A stretch of 64,000 bases of DNA from Calditrichia bacterium (GTDB lineage Bacteria; Calditrichota; Calditrichia; JAJRVZ01), in NCBI GenBank assembly GCA_963777955.1, contig CAVZSQ010000019.1, positions 288,001 to 352,000 on the forward strand, in the 5' to 3' direction. Made by a program: the position numbers and the translations under genes. Of this stretch, positions 20,353 through 30,024 are shown one piece after another (positions within the stretch are counted from its first letter, which is position 1; the number at the start of each line of letters is the position of its first letter). Below the pieces are notes generated by a model. That model ran no database searches and was not told the origin of the DNA. It was given only the letters and a program-made list of their open reading frames with translations.

Positions 20353-21343
20353 ATGAAGCCGATCTTTGCCATTACAGGCGGCGATCCTTACGGTATCGGC
20401 CCTGAGATCATACTGAAATCACTGGTCCGGCATCCGGAGCTGCATGAATTATGCACCCCGGTTGTTTTTGGCAGTGTCGCCACACTGCAACAAATGGCTG
20501 AATTGTTAAAAATGGAAATTACATTTAAAACGATAACGGCAATGGAGCAGGTCGCCGCAGGCCTTCGCCGCAACGATATCTGCTGTTATGATGTACAACC
20601 TTTTGCCTGCAATTCAACCTATGGCCAGATTCGTGCTGATGGCGGTCAACTGGCGTTATGACTGTATGCAAAAAGCCATTGCAGCAGCAATACATAAAAA
20701 AGTGCAGGCAATCGTTACGGCACCGCTGCATAAGGAATCATTGCACCTGGCCGGAGTGCCATACCTGGACCATACTGACATGCTGACCAAACTTACCGGC
20801 TCCAGTAATACAATGACGTTGTTCGTGACCCGTACCCTCAGGATTTTTTTCTATAGCCGGCATATCCCGCTTTCGGCAGTAGCAGCCTCGCTCAGCATTA
20901 ATAAACTGGTCGGCAGCCTGCAGGACTGCCAGCGTTACCTGAAACAGATCGGGTTCGAACAGCCGCGTTTGGCCCTGGCTGCTTTGAATCCACATGCCGG
21001 GGATCAGGGACTTTTCGGACAGGAAGAGATCGAGATCATGAGTCCCGCAGTCAGGAAAGCTTGTAACCTGGGCATTCTGGTCGAAGGACCCATTCCCGCC
21101 GACTCGGTATTCCACCTGGCCAAAGAAGGAAAATACGATGCCGTATTGAGTTTGTATCATGACCAGGGTCATATCGCTGCCAAAACATATGATTTCAGAA
21201 AAACCGTCTCGCTGACCCTGGGTTTGCCTTTCCTGCGAACTTCAGTCGATCACGGTACTGCCTTTGATATCGCCGGGCAGGGGGTTGCGGATGAAACCAG
21301 TATGGTCGAAGCAATCATGGTTGCCCATCAATACTACTGGTAG
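20353..21343 (+). CDS. pdxA: 4-hydroxythreonine-4-phosphate dehydrogenase family (frameshift near 20657)
   Basis: GDPYGIGPE in the 5' frame; VTAPLHKE, LNPHAGD, YHDQGH and RTSVDHGTAFDIAG in the 3' frame. Removing one base restores GQLAYDCMQ. Confidence 0.88.
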
Positions 21344-21413
21344 ATAATTCAGATAATAATTTCCTGAATATCAGTTTTCACTATTCTGTAGAATTTTGAG
21401 GAGGTGCTGTTCT

Positions 21414-22853
21414 GTGAGTGCAGTCAGGATAACCCGACGGGTCAAGATCATCTGTACTATTGGCCCCAGTTCTAATTCTTACGAAAAAATTATGGCGCTA
21501 ACCCGGGCCGGAATGGATGTAGCACGGCTCAACTTTTCACATGGCAGCCACGACGATCATCGCCGGGTCATCGAATATATCAGGCAGGTAAGTCATGATC
21601 TGCATAAACCCATCGCGATTATACAGGACCTGCAGGGACCGAAGATCCGGGTGCAGGATTTCGAAAAAGGCCAGGTGGAATTGCAGACAGGCTCTGAATT
21701 TATTCTGACCACCCGGGCCCTGCAGGGTACTGAAAAAATTGCCTCAGTCTCATTCGATACTTTTCACCAGGATGTTAAGACCGGCGATATCGTATTACTC
21801 GATGATGGATTATTAAAACTCAGGGTGATCAGGATTGACGGCAGCGACGTACATTGTACTGTTCTGTTTGGTGGAAAACTTTCCAATAAGAAAGGTTTAA
21901 ATCTGCCGGGCAGTGTATTATCCCTCAGCGCCCTGACCGATAAAGATATCGCTGACCTGAATTTCGGTCTGAAGATGGACGTTGATTATATAGCACTTTC
22001 ATTTGTGCAGAAACCACAGGATATAATCGACATCAAAAACCTGATCGCGGCCGGGAAAAAAGATATTCCGGTCATCGCAAAAATAGAAAAGCCCCAGGCT
22101 GTACAGGAAATTGACAAAATCACCGATCTGGCCGATGTAATCATGGTAGCCCGCGGTGATTTAGGAGTGGAAGTCAGCGCGGAGGAAGTTCCGCCCATCC
22201 AGAAAAAAATCATTACCTTGTGCAATCAAAAAGGTGTACCGGTCATCACTGCAACCCAGATGCTTGATTCTATGATCCACAATCCGCGTCCTACCCGGGC
22301 CGAAGCATCGGATGTTGCCAATGCTGTCCTCGATGGTACAGATGCGGTAATGCTGTCCGGTGAAACGGCTTCCGGAAGTTTTCCGCTGGAAGCGGTGGAG
22401 ACGATGCACCGTATTGTTCAGTTGATCGAGCAGGAACAGGATACCCGCTGGGACCTGCGCCGGCGTACCGGTAAGTGCGTCTATGATCCCAGTCTGGCTA
22501 TCGGTTACAGCGCCTGCCATGCGGCTGATCTCGTTCAGGCCACAGCCATTGTTTGTATGACTCAAAGCGGATCAACTGCGCGGATGATTGCCCGCTACCG
22601 TCCTGATCAACCGATCCTGGCGGTCACTCATACCAATAAAAGTTTGACCCGCATGGCCTTATACTGGGGCGTATCCGGGTTTCAGATAGATCAATTTAAA
22701 AGCAATATGGACCTGGCTATTCATGATGTTTTTGAAATTCTCAAAACCGGCGGCGCTTTAAAGGCAGGAGATACGATCGTATTCACCGCCGGCCTGCCCT
22801 TCTCAACCCGCCGGGGCACCAACATGCTGCGGATTGAAAAAATTCCGGATTAG
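21414..22853 (+). CDS. pyk: Pyruvate kinase
   Basis: KIICTIGP, ARLNFSHG, DLQGPKIR, MVARGDLGVE, MLSGETA; GGAGG RBS before GTG 21414. Confidence 0.97.
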   Translation: MSAVRITRRVKIICTIGPSSNSYEKIMALTRAGMDVARLNFSHGSHDDHRRVIEYIRQVSHDLHKPIAIIQDLQGPKIRVQDFEKGQVELQTGSEFILTTRALQGTEKIASVSFDTFHQDVKTGDIVLLDDGLLKLRVIRIDGSDVHCTVLFGGKLSNKKGLNLPGSVLSLSALTDKDIADLNFGLKMDVDYIALSFVQKPQDIIDIKNLIAAGKKDIPVIAKIEKPQAVQEIDKITDLADVIMVARGDLGVEVSAEEVPPIQKKIITLCNQKGVPVITATQMLDSMIHNPRPTRAEASDVANAVLDGTDAVMLSGETASGSFPLEAVETMHRIVQLIEQEQDTRWDLRRRTGKCVYDPSLAIGYSACHAADLVQATAIVCMTQSGSTARMIARYRPDQPILAVTHTNKSLTRMALYWGVSGFQIDQFKSNMDLAIHDVFEILKTGGALKAGDTIVFTAGLPFSTRRGTNMLRIEKIPD

Positions 22854-22862
22854 CCCGGCAGA

Positions 22863-24758
22863 CTATAGTTTTTCCAGATAAAACTCAGTAGACTTTTCCA
22901 GCAGGGTCTCGATACGCTGAACCATCTGGTTGGCGTCCTGCAGATACCCTTCCAGCAACAAGGAAGATTCATACAGTTGCTCGGTGACCCGGGTCAGTTG
23001 CTCTGCCTTGGGGTCATGTTTATATATTTTTATTAAATTCCGGATCAAGGGGTGATTACGGTTAATTTCCATCAATCGTTTGGGGACCGTCTGGTCTTTA
23101 TTCATTAACTGCATTATACGCTGCATGGTTGAAGTAATCATACCATCTGCACTCACCAGGCATACCGGACTGTCCGTCAGGCGCTGGGATTCTTTTACAT
23201 CGGTAACCCGTTCACCCAGAATATCTTTCATCCGGCGCAATAAATTGTCAAAAGTTTTGATTTCCTCGGTACTGAGTTCGGCAATCTTTTTTTCGGTCAC
23301 CTGGTCGGTAAATTTTTGCACTTCCTGGAGATCGGCCTGTTCGACCGAATTCAGTTTAAAGTCTTTGAAGTTGCCTAATCCCCCCAGTACAAATTCATCG
23401 ATGGGCTCATATAAATAGAGCACCTCTATCCCCTTCTTTTTAAAAATTTCCAGATGGGGATTGGCTAAAATGCTTTGCCGGTTTGGAGCAAAAATATAAT
23501 AGATTACGCGTTGATCCGGTTTAATCCGGGAAGCATATTCGGCCAATGAGGTTAAGTCATTTTCCTGCTGACAGGCTGAAGAATTGAATCGTAACAATTC
23601 AGCAAATTTCTCATGCTGGCTGTAATCGGTATAACCCATTTTAAACTGGCGGCCGAATTCCTGCCAGTATTGACTGTATTTTTTGGGATCACTACCGGCT
23701 AACGAACCCAACTGCGTCAGGATCTGTGTCACCAGGTTATTTTTAATTTTTTGGATGACCAGGTTCTCCTGTAATGTCTCACGCGAGATATTCAGGGGCA
23801 CATCTTCCGAATCGACGACACCGCGAATGAACTGCAGATACTCGGGCAGTAAACCCTTATTTTCATGCTGGATCAGCACCCGTTTTACGTACAGATCCAG
23901 ACCATGCTCGCTCTTGCCCATACCGGCCCAATCGTAATTTTTTGCAGGGATGAACAGCAGTGCATTATACTGAACCGGGGCGTCAATAGCGATATGCAGC
24001 GTTTCCAGCGGGGGATCCGAATCGTAGCTGAGAAATTTATAAAATTCATCATAATCTTTTTGCTTCAGTTGGAATTTTGGTTCCCGCCAGATTGCCCGGA
24101 TTTTATTAACCTGTTCTTTTTCAATCGTGATGGGGAAAGCAATAAAATTTGAGTGCCTCTGGATTACCTGTTCCAGTTTATCTTTCCCGGAAAAATCTTT
24201 GGCATCTTCTTTTAAAATGATTTCGATTTTTGTACCCCGGGGAATCCTTTCGGCCAGGTTTTCAATTTCATACGTACCTGTCCCTTCAGACCGCCAGCGC
24301 ACAGCCATTGCCTCCGGCAGATAAGAACGCGTGGTGATAATCACTTCTTTGGCTACCATAAATACAGAATAGAAACCGACTCCGAATTTACCGATAATAT
24401 TAGTCGAATCCTGCTTATCCTGAGCGACCGTTTTCAAAAATTCAGCAGTTCCGGACTTGGCAATCGTACCGATATTATTGATCAGTTCCTGCTCGGTCAT
24501 GCCAATCCCGCTATCACTAATGGTTAGAATACCGGCTTCCTTGTTTGTTTCAATTTTTATATCCAGATTACTGTCCTTGTCGAAGATTTGCGTTCCCAGC
24601 AGTATCTGGTAACGCATTTTTTCCAGAGCATCTGAAGCATTGGAAATCAATTCGCGCAGGAATATCTCCCGGTTGGTGTACAGGGAATGAGCCAGGATAT
24701 CCAGCAATTGCCTGACTTCTGCCTTGAATTTATGCTGATGAGTTTGTTTATCCGTCAT
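22863..24758 (-). CDS. htpG: Molecular chaperone HtpG (Hsp90)
   Basis: FLRELISNASDA, GTIAKSGT, IGKFGVGFYS, PLNISRE. Confidence 0.97.
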   Translation of the reverse strand: MTDKQTHQHKFKAEVRQLLDILAHSLYTNREIFLRELISNASDALEKMRYQILLGTQIFDKDSNLDIKIETNKEAGILTISDSGIGMTEQELINNIGTIAKSGTAEFLKTVAQDKQDSTNIIGKFGVGFYSVFMVAKEVIITTRSYLPEAMAVRWRSEGTGTYEIENLAERIPRGTKIEIILKEDAKDFSGKDKLEQVIQRHSNFIAFPITIEKEQVNKIRAIWREPKFQLKQKDYDEFYKFLSYDSDPPLETLHIAIDAPVQYNALLFIPAKNYDWAGMGKSEHGLDLYVKRVLIQHENKGLLPEYLQFIRGVVDSEDVPLNISRETLQENLVIQKIKNNLVTQILTQLGSLAGSDPKKYSQYWQEFGRQFKMGYTDYSQHEKFAELLRFNSSACQQENDLTSLAEYASRIKPDQRVIYYIFAPNRQSILANPHLEIFKKKGIEVLYLYEPIDEFVLGGLGNFKDFKLNSVEQADLQEVQKFTDQVTEKKIAELSTEEIKTFDNLLRRMKDILGERVTDVKESQRLTDSPVCLVSADGMITSTMQRIMQLMNKDQTVPKRLMEINRNHPLIRNLIKIYKHDPKAEQLTRVTEQLYESSLLLEGYLQDANQMVQRIETLLEKSTEFYLEKL

Positions 24759-26028
24759 CTCTAATTATTCCTCCTGAGGATTTTTTATTGATCCACAGCC
24801 ATGATCCGGCCAGGGCAAGCCAGATTGGCAGGAGCAATGAAATGATATCCCAATTATCCTGATCATATGCAGGAAAAACTTTTAACGCTAAGGCCAGTAT
24901 ACCTCCGGCAGCCAGGGCGCAGCTCAGATATAGTGTAAACTTTTGTTTCAAAGGTCTATTACGGATGATACTCATTCCTGAAAAAATTAATAAAAACGTC
25001 AGCGGATTAGCCAGATAAAGATTTTCATTATGATAAGTCACTATATGATCGGTGAAATTGGCCATGAAAAATAATGCCAGTCCGGCCAGACCGCAAACCA
25101 GACCCAGCAGGCCGTGATAAATTCCAAACAGGAATTTACTGCCTGCTGCCTGGTTCTGATATAGAAGCGCCAGGTAAAAGCCCAGCATGGCCAGAAAACC
25201 GCCCAGGGCCAGGGTTACCGGCCAGTGCTGCGGAGCAAATTCGGGTACCGGCGGCCGTTCACTCCCTTCAAAAAATAACAGATTTTCCGCAACCAATTTC
25301 CGGTAAACATTACTGGAATCGGTTAGCGTCAAATTCTGGATATTTCTTTCCAGTTCAGTCGGCAAAAACATTTCCTGCCAGCGCGTGACCGGTTTATCAA
25401 TAGAATCATTCATCAGAAACATTAACAGCAGGTCCATCCAGAAGTGCTGATGGGTATGACGGCGGGTATGCTGACGCAGAGTCATCCGGCCCGCCTGACT
25501 GCACGATTGAGCAAACTGTCCATCGACCATTTTATCAATCAGATCGCGAATCCGGGTAGAGCAATTATCATCATAATGATCATACAAATATTCCCGGTTT
25601 TCCGGAAGAATATTGTGATCCAGAAATCTGGCCAATTCCAGGCGTCGCTCAGGTGAAAAATCCAGGATTTGCATGCGGATGGTGCGATTCAGACTTTGAT
25701 AATAACTAAGCGCTCCTTCGGTATTCCAGGCGGCTACCCAGAATATCAGGCGCCCCATGGCAAAATTGCGCATGAAATTTTCCTGCTCGAAGGAAAAAAT
25801 TCCATAATTATAAAAAAGTGAACGATGAAAGCGCAGGTCTTCGACTATGAGAGCCGTATGCCCCCACCACATGGTAAGTTCATCACCAGGATCAATAGTC
25901 ACCAGTTTTATTTGCAGGTATTCGCCGCGACTGAAATTATTTTCCCAGGACGGTGCAGTTGATTGAGCGAGTGAACATCCGAAACTCAAATATAGCAGGA
26001 TGATGATCCAAACCAATCTCTTATTCAT
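24748..26028 (-). CDS. DUF4105 / Lnb-like membrane protein (putative lipoprotein N-acyltransferase)
   Basis: GHTAL, YNYGIF, YLYDHYDDNCSTRIRD, MFLP, then about five TM helices. Confidence 0.7.
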   Translation of the reverse strand: MNKRLVWIIILLYLSFGCSLAQSTAPSWENNFSRGEYLQIKLVTIDPGDELTMWWGHTALIVEDLRFHRSLFYNYGIFSFEQENFMRNFAMGRLIFWVAAWNTEGALSYYQSLNRTIRMQILDFSPERRLELARFLDHNILPENREYLYDHYDDNCSTRIRDLIDKMVDGQFAQSCSQAGRMTLRQHTRRHTHQHFWMDLLLMFLMNDSIDKPVTRWQEMFLPTELERNIQNLTLTDSSNVYRKLVAENLLFFEGSERPPVPEFAPQHWPVTLALGGFLAMLGFYLALLYQNQAAGSKFLFGIYHGLLGLVCGLAGLALFFMANFTDHIVTYHNENLYLANPLTFLLIFSGMSIIRNRPLKQKFTLYLSCALAAGGILALALKVFPAYDQDNWDIISLLLPIWLALAGSWLWINKKSSGGIIRDDG

Positions 26029-26091
26029 CTAAGCAGACTTTCCTCCGGTGCTGGTCCAGGAATATACTGGCTTTGATTATTAACTATTTAT

Positions 26092-26613
26092 CTAGACGAC
26101 ATCAGAAATCAAGAAGAATAGCATGAATACCAGCACATAGACAATGAATCCCAGACCACAGACAATAACCGCCCTGACTGTTTTCTGATAATCTAAAGTT
26201 TGCCTGGTGGCCATGATCATTGTTACCAGCATCCACAGCGAAGTGCTGAGCCACACAAAAGTATCTAAAAGCGGGATGATACCCGCCAGGCGGAAAATTC
26301 CTGGTGCACTGGCAAAACCGAGAGTACGCAATAATTGCAGCGGATTGCTCTGCGTCTCCGCTGCCGGTACGATTTTAGTGCCGATCAGATAAACGAGACA
26401 GGTCCACACCATCCAGCCGCCCAGGCTCATAACAAAACCGGTGAAAATGCCGGTAATTCCGAATTTATAGATTGAGCCAAATCCACCGGCCATACTGGAA
26501 AGAATTACTACCAGTATCGCCTGAAAAGTGGCCGACAGGTCTGATTCAACTTCCGCATAAATATGGTAGTCTAATTTTAATACCCGCAGCACACGATCAA
26601 TAAAACTTGACAT
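26092..26613 (-). CDS. YIP1-family membrane protein
   Basis: Five hydrophobic helices; RTLGFASAPG motif. Confidence 0.7.
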   Translation of the reverse strand: MSSFIDRVLRVLKLDYHIYAEVESDLSATFQAILVVILSSMAGGFGSIYKFGITGIFTGFVMSLGGWMVWTCLVYLIGTKIVPAAETQSNPLQLLRTLGFASAPGIFRLAGIIPLLDTFVWLSTSLWMLVTMIMATRQTLDYQKTVRAVIVCGLGFIVYVLVFMLFFLISDVV

Positions 26614-26705
26614 AATTCATTCTCTCGTTTTCAAATGCAGTTCTGACATTTCGGAGAGAACTTATCAATATCCTGTATTTTTTGCAATTGTTTAATCAGA
26701 TCCAA

Positions 26706-27646
26706 TCAGAGCAAATTATATATGATCTGCATCAATTGGCTGAGTTGTACCGGTTTGGAGATAACCTGCTGCACCTTATGGTCGGAGGCCTCCTGCGTGG
26801 AAATCAAATCGCCCCAACCGGTTAAAGCAATGATGGGCACCCCGCTGTTATTCTCCCTGATCCGGGCAATGAATTCCCATCCGTTCATACCGGGCAAACC
26901 CAGATCACAGATAATAAGGTCAAAAGAATCATTATCCCAGTGCCGTAGACCTTCTTCCCCCGATTCCACCGCAAAAACAACATAGCCCTGTATTCCCAGC
27001 ATATCTTTATACAGATCACGGATGGTACTTTCATCCTCGACAATAAAGATTCTCTTTCCTTGCTTAGCCATTACAGGTCCGGCCTCCTGCTTATTTTCAT
27101 AATCATCAGGATCGACCCGTAAAGAGTCCGGAAGATTTATCGTCATTGTTGTCCCCCTTTCAAGATCGCTTACTACATTTATTGTACCGTTTAATTTTGT
27201 AACCAGTCCATATACCTGACTCAAACCCAGTCCATTTCCTTCTACCCCCTTGGTAGTGAAGAAAGGATCAAAAATATGAATCAAAGTATCCTTATCTATA
27301 CCTTTGCCCCTGGATCAAACCGATTCAGCCCTCCGCCTGCTGTACCTATCCACATATTGCCAAATTCATCCTCACGGATAACCTGAATATAATTATCCGT
27401 GATGGCAGAGCTGTCATGGGGATCAGCCCGGTAGACTTTAAAAGAATATCCATCATAACAGTTCAAACCATCCTGTGTACCGAACCAAAAAAATCCTTGC
27501 CGGTCCTGGTAAATATCAAAAACAGAACTCTGCGATAAACCATCTTCAATGAATAAATGTTCAAACTTTAGACGATCTGCCGGGAAGAGAGCAACACCGG
27601 GAATTAAATGAAAAATTATCGAAAGAATTATAATTTTTTTATACAT
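26706..27646 (-). pseudogene. Remnant of a beta-propeller hybrid histidine kinase with a large internal deletion
   Basis: The 5' part has a signal peptide and Reg_prop repeats (DGLSQSSV, WFGTQDGLN, WIGTAGGGLN). It joins out of frame at about 27310 to the HATPase tail GKGIDKDTLIHIFDPFFTTK..GLGL and a receiver domain (EDE, CDLGLPGMNG, KP). Confidence 0.8.
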
Positions 27647-27822
27647 AAAACTCTTAGAAAAAATATAGTCCCCTTTTGCAGCATGCGCATAATGATCTCT
27701 GATTAATTGTCCATTTTTATTCCTATTATCGAACAGTAACGGCCAAATTTGAAATAAAAATTCGCATCAGCAATATTTAGATATAAGTGACCAATGGTGA
27801 GGGAACAGATCGGGTGTGAATA

Positions 27823-28587
27823 TCAAATCAAACGAATATCATTCAAAAAGGGATAGTCGCTTTGTACCTGGATGACCCGTGCCAGGGAGAGTGTACCTGT
27901 GATGATTTCTTCTTTCGCCCCGGCCTGACAGATTGCTTCGCCAAACGGTGCATAAACGCAACTGCAGCCATGATATTCACTTTTTTTATCATTGCCAATT
28001 CTATTGACGCCAATTACGTAACACTGGTTTTCGATGGAACGGGCTTTTAATAAGATCTGCCAGTGTTCGATCCTGGAATGCGGCCAATTCGCAATATCGA
28101 TAATTACATGTACCCTTTCTTTAGCATAAAACCTGAATAATTCTGGAAAGCGCAGATCATAACAGATAGCCAGCCCCAAACGAAACTTATTGATCCGGCT
28201 GATCACCGGTTGATTTCCGGCCGTATAATGCCTGTTTTCTCCTGAGAATGAAAAGGGATGTATTTTACGATATTTCGTTACGAACTGTCCCTCAGGATTT
28301 AAATGAAATAGGGTATTATAGAATGTTTGATCATCTCTTTCAATCATTCCAGCAAAAATATGTGTTTTATATTGCCGGGCCAGATTGCTAAAAAACTGTA
28401 TGCTGCTCTCATTTATATTTTCGGCGAATTTCTGAGAACGCATGGTGAAACCGGTTAAGGTCATCTCCGGAAAAACGATCATATCAACATTCTGAGTCAA
28501 CCTGCCCAGCAATTGCTGCAAATATTCAGCAGAGGCTTTTTTATCCTCAAAAATCGGTGCAAATTGCACCAGTGCAAATTTTAACAC
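27823..28587 (-). CDS. Carbon-nitrogen hydrolase (nitrilase superfamily, omega-amidase-like)
   Basis: Catalytic triad motifs FPEM, YRKIH and ICYDLRFPE; ARSIENQ. Confidence 0.9.
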   Translation of the reverse strand: MLKFALVQFAPIFEDKKASAEYLQQLLGRLTQNVDMIVFPEMTLTGFTMRSQKFAENINESSIQFFSNLARQYKTHIFAGMIERDDQTFYNTLFHLNPEGQFVTKYRKIHPFSFSGENRHYTAGNQPVISRINKFRLGLAICYDLRFPELFRFYAKERVHVIIDIANWPHSRIEHWQILLKARSIENQCYVIGVNRIGNDKKSEYHGCSCVYAPFGEAICQAGAKEEIITGTLSLARVIQVQSDYPFLNDIRLI

Positions 28588-28712
28588 GATAATCCGCCTT
28601 ATACTTTTCTGCTTAAACCAAAGATACTACAGGTATCTTTTAATATCAATTACTGCTTTTGTTATAGACGCAGTGCGCAGGTTTACACTGCACTCCAGTC
28701 TGCTTAACTAAG

Positions 28713-30020
28713 TTGGTATTTTTAAATTTAATCCCGGGCAAAAGAGGCAGGTGCTGGTGTTCAATTACAAACAAAAATTTGATTCCTATCTGGATAAAAC
28801 GCTTATATGCTCAGCTGCCCGGTCCGGAGCAGGAATCTATCAGGGAAATTTCATTCCGCTTTTATCTGACCTTTCAGGAATTCCGCCAGTTGGTCAACTC
28901 TGCCCGCGATCTGGAGATGTGGGGCGAAAGCGGCCTGGCTGAATGGTGGAAACGGCAGGCCCGCTCTGCCGGGGATAAAAGAATTTTTCTGAAGAAATTG
29001 GACCGTCATCTGCTGGCACTCAGGCGCAGTGAAAAAAAATATCCGGCGACCGCCCAGAACAACAATTCGCTCCGCCCGGTTGCAACCAGGCCTGTTGTTT
29101 ATACCCGGACTGCTAAAAATATAATCGGTCCCTGCCCCGTGGCCTCCCCGAAAACCGTTTGCTGTCAATTGCAGACAATTGATGCCGTTGAAAATTGCGT
29201 CTACGGCTGCAGTTACTGTACCATCCAGACTTTCTATACCGACCACACGGTGATCAATACCGGCCTGCGCGAAAAATTAGCACAACTTAAAATTGACCGC
29301 GATCGCTATTATCATTTTGGCAGCGGACAGGCCTCTGATTCTCTGGCTCTGGGCAATCTGGGCGGTATTCTGGATGATTTATGCTCGTTCGCAGCTGATC
29401 ATCCGAATGTTTTGCTGGAATTCAAAACTAAATCAAAGAATATTGATTATTTTTTGAAAAAAAATATCCCGCCCAATATTGTCTGCAGCTGGTCGCTGAA
29501 TCCTGAAATTATCATTACTCATGAGGAACATTTCACCGCCAGTTTGCAGGAACGTTTGAGCGCAGCCCGTGAATTGGCCGACCGTGGCATAAAAATAGCC
29601 TTTCATTTCCATCCGCTGATCTACTATCATGGCTGGGCTACAGATTATCCGGCAATAGCGGGCAGGATCATCGATAAATTTACAGCGGAGGAAGTACTAT
29701 TTCTATCCTTCGGTGCATTGACATTAATTAAACCGGTGATACAAAAAATCCGCAATCTGGGCATTAAAACAAAAACGTTACAGATGGAACTGGCAGCCGA
29801 TCCCCATGGTAAATGGACCTACCCTGATGAGGTTAAAATCAGGATGATCAGAAAAATCTACCGTGCCTTCAAACCCTGGCAGGATAAAGTTTACATGTAT
29901 TTATGCATGGAAAAAGCAAATATCTGGTTAAAAACTCTGGGTTACTGCTATCAGAATAATTCCATTTTTGAACAGGACTTTGCGCAAAAAACCATCGGCA
30001 GAATATATAAATTACAGTGA
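28713..30020 (+). CDS. Spore-photoproduct-lyase-like radical SAM protein
   Basis: CVYGCSYC cluster motif, SDSLAL, LLEFKTKS, WSLNP, HFHPLI, YLCME. The true start may be GTG 28751 with a frameshift near 28800. Confidence 0.75.
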   Translation: MVFLNLIPGKRGRCWCSITNKNLIPIWIKRLYAQLPGPEQESIREISFRFYLTFQEFRQLVNSARDLEMWGESGLAEWWKRQARSAGDKRIFLKKLDRHLLALRRSEKKYPATAQNNNSLRPVATRPVVYTRTAKNIIGPCPVASPKTVCCQLQTIDAVENCVYGCSYCTIQTFYTDHTVINTGLREKLAQLKIDRDRYYHFGSGQASDSLALGNLGGILDDLCSFAADHPNVLLEFKTKSKNIDYFLKKNIPPNIVCSWSLNPEIIITHEEHFTASLQERLSAARELADRGIKIAFHFHPLIYYHGWATDYPAIAGRIIDKFTAEEVLFLSFGALTLIKPVIQKIRNLGIKTKTLQMELAADPHGKWTYPDEVKIRMIRKIYRAFKPWQDKVYMYLCMEKANIWLKTLGYCYQNNSIFEQDFAQKTIGRIYKLQ

Positions 30021-30024
30021 TATT

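Noticed and set aside
20655..20661. TGA ending the first pdxA fragment read as selenocysteine, given selD in the window
   Set aside because: The downstream homology is in a different frame, so it is an indel and not UGA read-through.
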